Assembly (NCBI GenBank): GCA_040218735.1
Contig: JAVJQW010000043.1
Span: 288,001-352,000, forward strand
Length of the DNA stretch: 64,000 nt
Reading direction: 5' to 3'
Source of the DNA: Deltaproteobacteria bacterium
GTDB lineage: Bacteria; Myxococcota; Kuafuiibacteriia; Kuafuiibacteriales; Kuafuiibacteriaceae
Both the position numbers and the translations under genes were made by a program. Below, in pieces: positions 38,576 through 48,418 of the stretch. The notes beneath the pieces are model-generated. The model ran no database searches. It saw nothing but the letters and a program-made list of their open reading frames with translations, and was not told the DNA's origin. Positions within the stretch are counted from its first letter, which is position 1, and each line of letters begins with the position of its first letter.

Positions 38576-40189
38576 GTGCGTGGATTCCTCGCAGCGTGGG
38601 CGGCCCTGTTCGCGTCCGGTGCCGCCGGGTGCACGACCCACCACGTCACCGAGGTCGATCTCGCGGCGGACGCGGCGCGCACCATTTCGTTCTTCGTCGT
38701 GCTCGACGAGGCGAACACGATCACGCGCACCACGACGCCGCTGTTCGTCGAGGCCGACGGCACCTCGCGCGGGACGGCGCGCTCGGTGACGCTCGACGGC
38801 GACGAGGCCCACGTCGTCCTCGTGCGCGTCCCGGTCGAGGTGTTGGGTCCGAGCTTCGTCGGTTCGCGGTTCGACGACGTCGAGGTTCGCGTCGAGGCTC
38901 CGCCCATGGAGCGGTTGCGACGGTTCGCGACGGGCGGGGGCACGGTCGTCGACGCCGCGATCCCCGGCGACGCGGAGCTGTCGAGGGTCGACTTCGAAGG
39001 CGCGACCACGGCGCCGATCAGCTCGGACGACGCGCTCGCGAGTCGCGTGCGTGGCGCGATCACACTCACCACACCGGTCGATCCCGAGTTCTGTCGAGAC
39101 ACGTCGATCGCGCCGCTCGCGGCTTTCGGGGCCGAAGCGAAGCTGGAGCTCCCCGGCGAGGGCGGGGCCACGACGTTGCGCGGGCTCATCGCCGTGGAGC
39201 CCGACGTCGTCGTCGTCGCCGCCCAAGGAGGGCTGTACGTGGTGCGCCGCGGCGGTCGCGCCCAGACTCCGGCGCTCGTCCCGGGCACGCCGGGGCCGTG
39301 GCTCGACCTGACCGCGCTCTCCCCCGAAGTGGACAACGGGTTCTTCGCTGGCCTCGCGGTGGATCCGCGCGACGCAAACGGATCGTCGCGGCGGATCGTC
39401 CTCGCCGTCACGATGGAGTACGCGCTGGAGCAGTTCCGAAGTGCCGTCTACGAGGTGACGTACCGCGACGGGACGCTCGGTGAGGTCGTGACGTCGACGG
39501 TCTTCGACCACCGCGCGCGCGACGTGGCGTTCGCCGCGGACGGCACCTACGCGGTGATCGGTGACGAGGGCACGTTCCTCGAAGGCAGGCCGGACGGCAC
39601 GCTGCGTTCGCTGCCGATTCCCGCGCCGGTGGGTCCGATCGACGAGAGTCGTCAGGTGATCGCGACGGAGGATCCCGAGTTTCCGTGGGTCGCTGCGACG
39701 CGCGGTCGTCTGCATCGGTTCGTCGACGAGCGTCAGGCGTGGAGCGGAAAGATCATCATCCAGCCTTCGCAAGAGAGCTTGCACTTCGCAGGGCTCTCCG
39801 CGGTTCGGGAGGACGGCGAGATCGGGATCTGGGCGCTGGGATCGGCGGGGCTCCTCCTCAAGCTCGAGGACGGCGACTGGGCGGAGAAGCCGCTGGTGAT
39901 GCCGCCGTCGTACGGGCCGTGCTCGCCGAGCGGAAACGTCGCGACACCGATCCTCGCGGGATCGACGGAGGCGTTGGGCGGGGGCGAAGGGCTGCTGTTC
40001 CCGGTGAAGACGGGCTGCACGGCGGTCCCTGTCGTTCGTGTGTCGGACACGTGCACGTGGATGCTGCCGATCGAAGGGCGTGCCACCCGGCTCGGGGACG
40101 ACCTCATCGAGGTCATCGACGTCTTCGACGGTGAGTTGTTCGCGGCGGGGAAGGGGGCCTACCTCTACTCGACGCGGATCGCGGAGTGA
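38576..40189 (+). CDS. Hypothetical lipoprotein with probable beta-propeller
   Basis: GTG start giving ...FASGAAGC lipobox; beta-rich repeats (VAFAADG, IWALG, LFAAG). Confidence 0.65.
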   Translation: MRGFLAAWAALFASGAAGCTTHHVTEVDLAADAARTISFFVVLDEANTITRTTTPLFVEADGTSRGTARSVTLDGDEAHVVLVRVPVEVLGPSFVGSRFDDVEVRVEAPPMERLRRFATGGGTVVDAAIPGDAELSRVDFEGATTAPISSDDALASRVRGAITLTTPVDPEFCRDTSIAPLAAFGAEAKLELPGEGGATTLRGLIAVEPDVVVVAAQGGLYVVRRGGRAQTPALVPGTPGPWLDLTALSPEVDNGFFAGLAVDPRDANGSSRRIVLAVTMEYALEQFRSAVYEVTYRDGTLGEVVTSTVFDHRARDVAFAADGTYAVIGDEGTFLEGRPDGTLRSLPIPAPVGPIDESRQVIATEDPEFPWVAATRGRLHRFVDERQAWSGKIIIQPSQESLHFAGLSAVREDGEIGIWALGSAGLLLKLEDGDWAEKPLVMPPSYGPCSPSGNVATPILAGSTEALGGGEGLLFPVKTGCTAVPVVRVSDTCTWMLPIEGRATRLGDDLIEVIDVFDGELFAAGKGAYLYSTRIAE

Positions 40190-40231
40190 GTCACTCGCAT
40201 CCGGGCCGACCCCCGTGGCAGATTCGAAACC

Positions 40232-43200
40232 GTGCGGAAGCGCGCTGCTCTGTTGCTGGCTCTCGTTGCGTGTTCGGGGGAGACCTCGGAGGAGCTCCGG
40301 CTCGCGGCCAGTGATCTCGGCGAGGGCCGTGTCGGAGAGTCCTACCGCGCGACGATCACCGCGAACCGCACCGTCGAATGGGACGTCCGCGGGGTCCCCG
40401 ACGGGTTGGTCGTGACGACGGACGGCGTCTCCGCGGAGCTCGCGGGTGTCCCGGTCGAGTCGGGGACGTTCGAGATCGACGTGACGGTCACGGCGGGCGA
40501 AGCGACGACCGGCCGGGTCTACGTGCTCGTCGTGCGTGAGGGCGCGCTCGCGATCACCACCGAGGCGCTCCCCGAGGCGGACGTGATGATGCCGTACAGC
40601 GCGACCGTCGAGGCGGCGGGCGGGCGCGGGATGCGGACGTGGACGGTGGAGGGCCTGCCCGAGGGGCTCACGGCGACGCGCGACGAGGCGGTGACGATCG
40701 CGGGGACGCTCGTGAACCCAGGGACCTTCGACGTTCGCGTCGCGGTCCGTGACGTGGGCGAGGGGACCGACGAGCGGACCTTCACGCTCCGGGTCCGCGC
40801 GAGCGAGCTCTCGATCACCACGACCGCGCTGCCGGTGGCGTTCGTCGGTGTGAACTATGCGGTGGCGATCGAGAGCGCGGGCGGCCGTGCGCCCTACCAG
40901 TGGACGATCACCGGAGGGCCCGAGGACTTCACGCTCGACGCCAGCACGACCTCCACGACTTCGTTGGTCGGGACGACCGCGAGCACCGGTCGCTACGCCG
41001 TCACCGTGCAGGTCGAGGACGCCGAAGGCGAGCGCGCGACGGCGACCTTCGACCTCGACGTCACCGACGGCCCGCTGACCGTCCTCACCTCCACGCTCAC
41101 GGACGCGCAGCTCGGCGTCGCGTACGGGACGACGCTCGGCGCGCGCGGCGGGGTGGGCACGGTGCGCTGGTCGATCACGAACGGCGGGCTCCCGAACGGC
41201 GTGTCGTTCGACACCAGCCTCGGTCGGGTGCAGGGGACGCCGACCGTCCTGGGCCGCCACGACTTCACGGCGCAGGTGATGGACGAACGCGGTCGCACCG
41301 CGTCGCAGCGGCTCACCCTCTTCGTCTCCGACGAGCCGCCGCTGGTGCTGACGACGTTGGACCTGCCGTCGGTCGAGGTCGGGCTGCCGGTCGAGCTCCC
41401 GATCGTGGCGACGGGCGGGTCGACGCCCTACACCTGGTCCGTCGACGGAACGCTCCCGACCGGTCTCACGGTCGATGACATCGGGACACCCAACACGTTC
41501 GTGCGCGGCGTACCGACGCGCCTCGAACGCGAGGACGTCGAGGTGACGGTCTTCGATCGCAACGGGCGGCGCGCGAGTCGTGTCTTTACGTTGGAGGTCA
41601 CGCCGAGCACGGTGCCGCTTCAGATCGACACCACGCAGGCGCCGGCCGGTGAGACGTGCCGCGACTACCTGTTCGTGCTCGCCGGGAGCGGTGGCTCGCG
41701 CACCGACTACACGTGGACGCTCGCGCAAGGCAGCTTGCCGGCGGGCCTCACCTTCGATCCGGTGGACGCGGTCGTGATCGGCGTCCCCGAAGCGACCGGG
41801 AGCTTCCCGGTGGTCTTCGCGCTCGAAGATGGCGTGGGGGAGCAGACGAGCGTCGCGATGACGATCGAAGTCGCGACCTCCGGCCGGCCGCGGTTCGGGC
41901 TCGCATCGACGTTCGGCGCGACGCATCGGCTGCTGTTCCCGATCGATCTGTGCACGTCGACGTTCGTGCAGGGGCTCCCGATCAACCAGCCGCTCCCCGA
42001 TGATGATGGCGTCAGCCTCTATACGCCGATCGTCTTCTCGCCGAGCGGGGATCGCGCGGCGTACGTCGCAGAGGAGGGCGGCGAAGAGCGGGTCTTCGTC
42101 GTCGACCTCTCCGGGGCGGCGCCGGTGCGCACCGCCGTCTCGGGGCCGCTGTTCAACACGATCGGCTCGGCGCGGATCTCTTGGTCGCCGACCGGGCAGC
42201 ACATTGCCTACGTGGCGGCGCCGGAGCCGAACCGCTACGCGGCGTTCGTCGCCGACGTCAGCAACCCGCAGAGCCCGGGTGCGCCGGTGCAGGTGAGCGT
42301 GGATCGTCCGGGGGGCAACGTGACGACCGAGGTGGTGTGGGCGCCGGACGGGCAGCGCTTTGCGTTCGTCGGGGACCCGCGCATCGACGAGACGTTCGAG
42401 CTGTTCGTCGGCAACGTGCAGTCGTCGACCGTGGCGAGCCCGGTGAGCGGAGCGATTGCGCAGGGGCAGGGCGTTCGCGGTTATCCGCCGGTGTGGGCGC
42501 GGGACGGTACACACGTCCTGTTCTCCGCGGTTCTTCGGGACACACGCATCGAGGTCTTCGCGGTGGAGGTCGGCGTGCCGAACGCGACGCCGTTCCCGAT
42601 CGCACCGAACGCGCCGTCGTACACGGCGAGTTACACGCCGTACTTCGTCGCGCCGAACCGTGAGCGCTTCGTGTACGTCGCGACCCAAGAGACACCCGGT
42701 GCGTGGGAGATGTACCTGGTCGAGCTGCGCTCGCCTCCGTTCACGCCCGTGCGCCTCGGGCACGCGCTGGTGGCGGGGGAGTCGATCAACAAGCTGAAGT
42801 GGTCCGAGGACTCTGAGAAGGTCCTCTACATCGTGCCGGAGTCCGGGATCTCGGCGGGGGCGCTGTACGTCGCCGAGGCCGCGTCGCCGGCGACGTCGAT
42901 TCGCATCGACGCACCGGCGTCGTCGGGTGCGCGCGTGACCAATCAGGACTGGGCGTTCGACTTCGATTCGACGGGAGACCGCGTTGCGTACCTCGAGTCG
43001 GACGTGATGACCGGGCAGTCCGATCCGTACTTCGTCGATCTGTCTTCCGGGACGCCGACGACGCCGGTCCGGCTCGGCCCGCCCGCGCGCGGACGGACGA
43101 CGGTGGGTTTTTCGTGGGCGCGTGATGCGCCGCGGGTCGCGCTGATGACCCACGGGAACTCGACGGTCGGGATCGGCGAGATGTTGGTCGTCGACGTGTC

Positions 43201-43432
43201 GAACGGCGCGCCCGGGTTGTCGCGTCTGATCGGCGCCAATCTGAACGCGCCCCCCGTCGGCGACATCACGCGTGTGCACCTGCGCTCGGCGGGCGCGGTG
43301 CTCTACTTCTCCGCCGGGAGCGGCGGGGGGGCGCGACCGCTCTTCGGCGCCTTCACGGCGGGCGCGGCGCGCGACGGCGCGCTCCTGGCGAACGGGACGG
43401 CGTCGCTCAACACCCTCTTCCTGCCGCGCTGA
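40232..43432 (+). CDS. Lipoprotein with tandem putative-Ig repeats and TolB/PD40-like beta-propeller
   Basis: LVAC lipobox; repeated ITT.ALP...Y...GG..PY.W...LP.GL units; FSPSG/WSPTG/WAPDG blades. Confidence 0.85.
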   Translation: MRKRAALLLALVACSGETSEELRLAASDLGEGRVGESYRATITANRTVEWDVRGVPDGLVVTTDGVSAELAGVPVESGTFEIDVTVTAGEATTGRVYVLVVREGALAITTEALPEADVMMPYSATVEAAGGRGMRTWTVEGLPEGLTATRDEAVTIAGTLVNPGTFDVRVAVRDVGEGTDERTFTLRVRASELSITTTALPVAFVGVNYAVAIESAGGRAPYQWTITGGPEDFTLDASTTSTTSLVGTTASTGRYAVTVQVEDAEGERATATFDLDVTDGPLTVLTSTLTDAQLGVAYGTTLGARGGVGTVRWSITNGGLPNGVSFDTSLGRVQGTPTVLGRHDFTAQVMDERGRTASQRLTLFVSDEPPLVLTTLDLPSVEVGLPVELPIVATGGSTPYTWSVDGTLPTGLTVDDIGTPNTFVRGVPTRLEREDVEVTVFDRNGRRASRVFTLEVTPSTVPLQIDTTQAPAGETCRDYLFVLAGSGGSRTDYTWTLAQGSLPAGLTFDPVDAVVIGVPEATGSFPVVFALEDGVGEQTSVAMTIEVATSGRPRFGLASTFGATHRLLFPIDLCTSTFVQGLPINQPLPDDDGVSLYTPIVFSPSGDRAAYVAEEGGEERVFVVDLSGAAPVRTAVSGPLFNTIGSARISWSPTGQHIAYVAAPEPNRYAAFVADVSNPQSPGAPVQVSVDRPGGNVTTEVVWAPDGQRFAFVGDPRIDETFELFVGNVQSSTVASPVSGAIAQGQGVRGYPPVWARDGTHVLFSAVLRDTRIEVFAVEVGVPNATPFPIAPNAPSYTASYTPYFVAPNRERFVYVATQETPGAWEMYLVELRSPPFTPVRLGHALVAGESINKLKWSEDSEKVLYIVPESGISAGALYVAEAASPATSIRIDAPASSGARVTNQDWAFDFDSTGDRVAYLESDVMTGQSDPYFVDLSSGTPTTPVRLGPPARGRTTVGFSWARDAPRVALMTHGNSTVGIGEMLVVDVSNGAPGLSRLIGANLNAPPVGDITRVHLRSAGAVLYFSAGSGGGARPLFGAFTAGAARDGALLANGTASLNTLFLPR

Positions 43433-43447
43433 TCCGCCGTCGACAAC

Positions 43448-45592
43448 GTGCGGGCGTCGGTGTTCAAGTCCGGCCCCGTGCGATTGCTCCGGAACGCCTC
43501 GACGCCCCTCCTCGCCGCGACCCTCTGGGCCTGCGCGACCACGCCCCCCGCACCGTCGACCGACGACGCGGATCCCTACCTGTGGCTGGAAGAGATCGAG
43601 GGTGAAAAGGCGCTGAGCTGGGTGCGCGCACAGAACGCGGCGACCGCCGAGCGGCTGGAGTCGCTCCCCGAGTTCGACGAGCTTCTCGCGCAGGCCAAGT
43701 CCGCGCTCGACGCGCCGTCCCGCGTCCCGCACGTCGCCGCGCGCAAGGGCCTGCTCTACAACCTGTGGCGCGACGCCGAGCACCCGCGCGGCGTCTACCG
43801 GCGCACCACGGTGGCGTCGTTGTCGAAGGCCGAGCCCGAGTGGGAGACGGTGATCGACGTCGACGCGCTGTCGAAGGCCGAGGGTAAGAAGTGGGTCTTC
43901 AAGGGGATGAGTTGCTTGCCGCCCGAGCACACGAAGTGCCTCGTGGCGCTGTCGCCCGGGGGCGGGGACGCCGCCGAGCTGCGTGAGTTCGACGCGTCCA
44001 CGAAGTCATTCGTGGAGGGTGGGTTCTACTTCCCCACCGCGAAGCAGAACGTCGAGTGGATCGACGCCGACACCCTCTTCGTCGCGAGTGACTTCGGGGA
44101 GGGTTCGCTGACCGAGTCCGGGTACGCGCGCATTGTGAAGCGCATGAAGCGCGGTCAGTCCAAGGCCGAGGCGGAGACACTGTTCGAAGCGAAGGTCGAG
44201 GCGGTCAGCGCGCGCGCGCAGCGCTACCGCACGGACGAAGGTGACCTCGACATCGTGCAGGAGTGGCTCTCGTACTGGGAGAGCAACTTCTATCACCTGA
44301 CCGACGACGGACTGCACCGCATCGAGCTCCCGAAGCGCATGCAGATCTTCGGTGCGTTCCGAGGCACGTTGGTGGTGGCGCTGAAGGAGCCGTGGTCACA
44401 CGGTGGGAAGGACTTCGTCTCGGGCACGCTCGTCACGGTGAAGCCGAACGGCGCGGCGCCCCCGACGATCGGTATCATCGCCGTCCCCAGCGAGAAGGAG
44501 ATCATCCTCGGGGCGCGTGCGACGAAGCCGGGGGTGATCGTCGAGATGCTCGACGCGGTGCGCGGTCGCCTCTATCGCTACACGCCGAAGGACGAAGGCT
44601 GGGAGCGTACGCCGATCGCGTTCCCGGACAACGGCTCGGTGCACGTCGAGACCGACGACGAGGATTCGGGGGATCTGTTCGTCGCGTACGAGTCGTTCAC
44701 GACGCCGCCGACGCTCTACCACGTGCCGGCGGCGACGCTGGAGCCGAAGGTCGTGCGCCAGCAGAGCCCCGCGTTCGACGCTTCGCAGTTCACGGTCGCG
44801 CAGCACTGGGCGACGTCGAAGGACGGGACGAAGGTTCCGTACTTCGTCGTGCACGCGAAGGACCTCGAGATGAACGGCAAGAACCCGACGCACATCTTCT
44901 CGTACGGTGGGTTCCGCGTGCCGCTCACGCCGTCCTACTCGGGGTCGTACGAGCAGCTGTTCGGCGCCTACGGGAAGATGTGGCTGGAGCGCGGCGGTGT
45001 GTTCGTGCTCGCGAACATTCGTGGGGGCGGTGAGTTCGGTCCGAAGTGGCACGAGGCGGCGCTGCTCGAGAATCGACCGCGCGCGTTCGAAGACTTCGAG
45101 GCGATCGCGGCGGACCTCGCGAAGCGGAAGATCACCTCCGCGAAGCACCTGGGTATCGAGGGGCGGAGCAACGGTGGGTTGTTGGTGACGGCGACGATGC
45201 ATCGTCGGCCCGAGCTGTACGGCGCGATCGTCTGCGGCGTGCCGCTCGCCGACATGCGCCGCTACCATCAGCTGCTCGCGGGCGCGAGCTGGATGGGTGA
45301 GTACGGCGACCCCGACAAACCGGAGCAGTGGGCGTTCATGTCCGAGTACTCGCCGTACCAGAACTTGAAGGCGGACGCGGGTTACCCGCCGGTGTTCTTC
45401 TACACGTCCACGAAGGACGACCGTGTGCACCCCGGCCACGCCCGCAAGATGGCGGCGCGGATGATCGAGCTCGGCTACGACGTCACGTACTACGAGAACC
45501 TCGAAGGCGGACACGGCGGGAGCAGCACCAACGATCAGCTCGCGTACCGTATCGCGCTGGCCTACGCGCACCTCTGGTCGCGACTTCGCTGA
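43448..45592 (+). CDS. Prolyl oligopeptidase (S9A), lipoprotein
   Basis: LWAC lipobox, DPYLWLEE, SKDGTKVPYF, YGGF, NIRGGGEFG, GRSNGG, DDRVHP, GGHG. Confidence 0.92.
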   Translation: MRASVFKSGPVRLLRNASTPLLAATLWACATTPPAPSTDDADPYLWLEEIEGEKALSWVRAQNAATAERLESLPEFDELLAQAKSALDAPSRVPHVAARKGLLYNLWRDAEHPRGVYRRTTVASLSKAEPEWETVIDVDALSKAEGKKWVFKGMSCLPPEHTKCLVALSPGGGDAAELREFDASTKSFVEGGFYFPTAKQNVEWIDADTLFVASDFGEGSLTESGYARIVKRMKRGQSKAEAETLFEAKVEAVSARAQRYRTDEGDLDIVQEWLSYWESNFYHLTDDGLHRIELPKRMQIFGAFRGTLVVALKEPWSHGGKDFVSGTLVTVKPNGAAPPTIGIIAVPSEKEIILGARATKPGVIVEMLDAVRGRLYRYTPKDEGWERTPIAFPDNGSVHVETDDEDSGDLFVAYESFTTPPTLYHVPAATLEPKVVRQQSPAFDASQFTVAQHWATSKDGTKVPYFVVHAKDLEMNGKNPTHIFSYGGFRVPLTPSYSGSYEQLFGAYGKMWLERGGVFVLANIRGGGEFGPKWHEAALLENRPRAFEDFEAIAADLAKRKITSAKHLGIEGRSNGGLLVTATMHRRPELYGAIVCGVPLADMRRYHQLLAGASWMGEYGDPDKPEQWAFMSEYSPYQNLKADAGYPPVFFYTSTKDDRVHPGHARKMAARMIELGYDVTYYENLEGGHGGSSTNDQLAYRIALAYAHLWSRLR

Positions 45593-45637
45593 AAACCCGA
45601 CTCAAGTCTCGGCGGGCGGCGTCGATGATCCGGTTCG

Positions 45638-46060
45638 ATGTATCGGGTGGTCTACGTCAGCTCCGCGCGCACTGACTTCACCGAAGAAGAGCTCGACCAG
45701 CTCCTCGCGAAGAGCCGCGCCGCGAACGAGGCGATCGGCGTTACGGGGTTGCTGCTGTACCACGACGGCAACTTCATCCAGGCGCTCGAGGGGCCCAAGA
45801 AGTGCGTCGAGGCCGTCCTCCACCGGATCGAGAACGACCCGCGCCACGGCAACGTGCTCGTCTTGATCGAGGAGGAGGACGAGGAGCGCGTCTTCGGTGA
45901 CTGGTCGATGGGTTACGTGCGCTACCGCGAGCTGCCCGAAGGCGAGCGCGACGGTTACTCGCGGTTCCTCGAGCAGGCCGCCGCGCGTGAGCTCGCGCCG
46001 AGCCGCGCCCACGTGCTCCTGGAGGCGTTCAAACGGAACGTCGCCGGGTATGTCCGATAA
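45638..46060 (+). CDS. Stand-alone BLUF blue-light photoreceptor
   Basis: YVS (Tyr), SRAAN, TGLLL, FIQALEG (Gln), DPRH, FGDWSM. Confidence 0.9.
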   Translation: MYRVVYVSSARTDFTEEELDQLLAKSRAANEAIGVTGLLLYHDGNFIQALEGPKKCVEAVLHRIENDPRHGNVLVLIEEEDEERVFGDWSMGYVRYRELPEGERDGYSRFLEQAAARELAPSRAHVLLEAFKRNVAGYVR

Positions 46061-46062
46061 CG

Positions 46063-46079
46063 TGTGTGTAAAACACACA
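46063..46079. promoter_or_regulatory. Perfect AT-rich inverted repeat TGTGTGT-AAA-ACACACA, possible operator
   Basis: Seen directly in the intergenic gap; accompanied by direct repeats CCGATAACG at 46054 and 46097. Confidence 0.45.
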
Positions 46080-46111
46080 ACAGCTGAACCGCGTGGCCGA
46101 TAACGAAGGTC

Positions 46112-46492
46112 ATGCGGATGTTCGCGCGCATGTTCATGTCCCCTGCCCAGCGTGCGCTGAAGGACTCGGACGCGTTCCGCGCCCCGCAATCGCGCGACGC
46201 GCTGCTCCAGGAGATCCAGACCTACGGTTACGACCACGAGCGTCTGGCCTGGGTGACGCGCTCCGCCCAGGACCTCGGCTCCGGGCCGACGTTGACGATC
46301 CGCGAGGTCGAGCAGGCCGCCGACCGGTCCGCGCACGCGCGCGACACGAATCGCGAGCCGGCGTACCACAACTTCGCGATCGCCTCCGCGCTGGGGGATG
46401 ACGGCCTGCTTCAGCTGATGATTCAGCGGGCCAATCGGATCGCGGATGGAATTCAGCCGGGCGCGAAGGACATGCTCGCCGACGCGTTCTGA
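46112..46492 (+). CDS. Hypothetical protein
   Basis: GAAGG RBS-like element; fills gap; no recognisable motif. Confidence 0.55.
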   Translation: MRMFARMFMSPAQRALKDSDAFRAPQSRDALLQEIQTYGYDHERLAWVTRSAQDLGSGPTLTIREVEQAADRSAHARDTNREPAYHNFAIASALGDDGLLQLMIQRANRIADGIQPGAKDMLADAF

Positions 46493-46506
46493 AATTCGCG
46501 TTCCAT

Positions 46507-47568
46507 TCAAGGGAGCGCGAAGCGCTCGAAGAACGTCCACATCGTCTCGGATGCGTCGATCGTGTCCGAGGTGTGCCCGAGCCCCGGTACGGGCGCTCCG
46601 CCCGGCCACGTGTGACCGCCGCCGTCGATCGTGCACAGCTGAACCTCCGCGCCTTCATCGCAGCCGCTCCACGTCTCGCAGGTGACGTCGTCCTGTTGGA
46701 AGGTCACGGCGCCCGTCGGGCTGCATCCGTTCCGCTGGACCCAGCCGTCGATCGTGTCCGCCACCGAGAGGTACCCGCGGATGCCGTCGTAGCCGACGAT
46801 GCTGTCGTCGGTGCCGTGGAAGTGGAGCACCGGCACCGCGCGGGCCGGGTTACAGCCGACGATGCCGTTGACCCCCGCGACGGGTGCGATCGCCGCGATG
46901 CGATCCGATAGCTCGCAAGCGAGTCGGTGGGAGAGGAACCCGCCGTTGCTCATCCCCGTCGCATAGACGCGACGGGCGTCGACGCAGAGGTTCGCCTCGA
47001 GCGCGTCGAGCATCGCGTCGACGAAGCCGACGTCGTCGACGTCCTCTTGCATCGCTTCGCCGCAACACACACCGCCGTTCCAGGTGCGGCCGACGCCCTC
47101 GGCGTGCACGACGATGAAACCTTCGTCGTCCGCGACCCGACGCATATGCGTGAGGCCCATCTGCAGCGTCGCGGTGAACAGGCGTCCGTGGAAGTCGAAG
47201 ACGACCGGCGCGGGGGTGTTCGGGGCGTAGCCGCGCGGGACGTGGACGAAGAGCTCGCGCGTACGGCCGCCGTGTTCGAGGGTCCACGCATCGTCGGTCG
47301 GCGCCGGCTGGCCGCAGCCTCCGAGGGGGCCGCCCGCGTCGCCGATCGACGGTCCAGCGTCGCGCGGCGAAGGACCCGCGTCGCGAGGTGAATGACCGGC
47401 GTCGCGCACCCCGCCGGCGTCGGTCTTTTCGGTCGTCCCCGCGTCGCGGTGGCCCGCGTCCGTGATCGCTTCGGGGCCTCCGTCGTACGTCGGGCCCTCC
47501 GTCGTCGGCTGCAGCACGGGGGTGCTGCACGCGCCGAGCAGGAGGAGCCAGGGCAGCCACGTCCTCAC
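46507..47568 (-). CDS. Lipoprotein esterase, LpqC/PHB-depolymerase family
   Basis: LGAC lipobox from GTG 47568, DAG-repeat linker, FDFHG, WNGGVCC, DDVGF, GMSNGG, FHGTDD, GGGHTWPG. Confidence 0.85.
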   Translation of the reverse strand: MRTWLPWLLLLGACSTPVLQPTTEGPTYDGGPEAITDAGHRDAGTTEKTDAGGVRDAGHSPRDAGPSPRDAGPSIGDAGGPLGGCGQPAPTDDAWTLEHGGRTRELFVHVPRGYAPNTPAPVVFDFHGRLFTATLQMGLTHMRRVADDEGFIVVHAEGVGRTWNGGVCCGEAMQEDVDDVGFVDAMLDALEANLCVDARRVYATGMSNGGFLSHRLACELSDRIAAIAPVAGVNGIVGCNPARAVPVLHFHGTDDSIVGYDGIRGYLSVADTIDGWVQRNGCSPTGAVTFQQDDVTCETWSGCDEGAEVQLCTIDGGGHTWPGGAPVPGLGHTSDTIDASETMWTFFERFALP

Positions 47569-47648
47569 GTTCGTGACCCTCGCACGGGCGCGGCGCGTGT
47601 GGCCGCCGTCGATCTCGGCGCGGCGTGTACGGCCGCCCGGACCCTCGG

Positions 47649-48374
47649 TCACTCCGAGAGGATCGCGGCGGCGACCGCCTCGTCGTCCTCGTTGGCCATC
47701 CAGTGCGCGACGCCGTCGAGCGCGCTCGTCCGGACTCGCGCGAACTTCATCGACAGGTAAGTCGCGTTGACGCGCGCGACCCAGCCGGACCGCTTCCCGC
47801 GAATCACGTGCACGGGGACGTCGACGCTCGGCAGAGGGTACAAGTCCGGGAGCTCACGCACGAGGGCTTCGGCGGTGGCGACGTCGCTCTGTCGCCGCGC
47901 CTGTTCGTAGTGCTCGATCGCCCACCGCGGGAACGCGTCGAAATTCGCGACGCGCCAGAACGTGCCCGACCAGTTCACGAATGAATTTCGATCCCCGCCG
48001 ACCACGTCGGCCGTGTAACGCCGCGCTGCGTACGCCGCCGCGCGGCGCCCCGGAGGGATCGCGGGCTCGAGGAGCACCAGCCGGTCGACGCGTCGACGCG
48101 CCGCGACCAACCAGGCGAGCAGCCCGCCCAGGCTGTGACCGACGAGGATCGTCGTCTCGTCCACGAGCGGCGCCACCGCGTCGACGAGCGGTCCCCAGCC
48201 CCGCGTCGCGAGCGGCAGCTCCCCCAGGTAGCCGGGGAGTGTCAGGCAGCTGACCCGGACCCCGGCGCGCGCGATCACTTCGGCGAGCGGGGCGTAGAAC
48301 GGAGCACCCAGATCGTTCCCAGGGAGGAGGAGGAGCGGGCGTCCGTCGGCCGAGCCGTGATCCGTGCGCTGCAT
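47649..48374 (-). CDS. Alpha/beta-hydrolase (possible thioesterase)
   Basis: LLLPG, GHSLGG, LLEP, GVAHW; AGGA RBS before ATG 48374. Confidence 0.75.
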   Translation of the reverse strand: MQRTDHGSADGRPLLLLPGNDLGAPFYAPLAEVIARAGVRVSCLTLPGYLGELPLATRGWGPLVDAVAPLVDETTILVGHSLGGLLAWLVAARRRVDRLVLLEPAIPPGRRAAAYAARRYTADVVGGDRNSFVNWSGTFWRVANFDAFPRWAIEHYEQARRQSDVATAEALVRELPDLYPLPSVDVPVHVIRGKRSGWVARVNATYLSMKFARVRTSALDGVAHWMANEDDEAVAAAILSE

Positions 48375-48418
48375 GGTCCTCGATCCGGTTGACATAGGAC
48401 ATACCACATCGGGATTAC

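Noticed and set aside
38540-43930. 1796-aa minus-strand ORF
   Set aside because: Arg/His-rich antisense shadow of three well-supported plus-strand genes; typical of high-GC DNA
46063-46079. PpsR/CrtJ box next to BLUF (AppA-like circuit) or intrinsic terminator
   Set aside because: Spacing is TGT-N11-ACA rather than N12, no photosynthesis genes are present, and the stem is AT-rich without a U-tract
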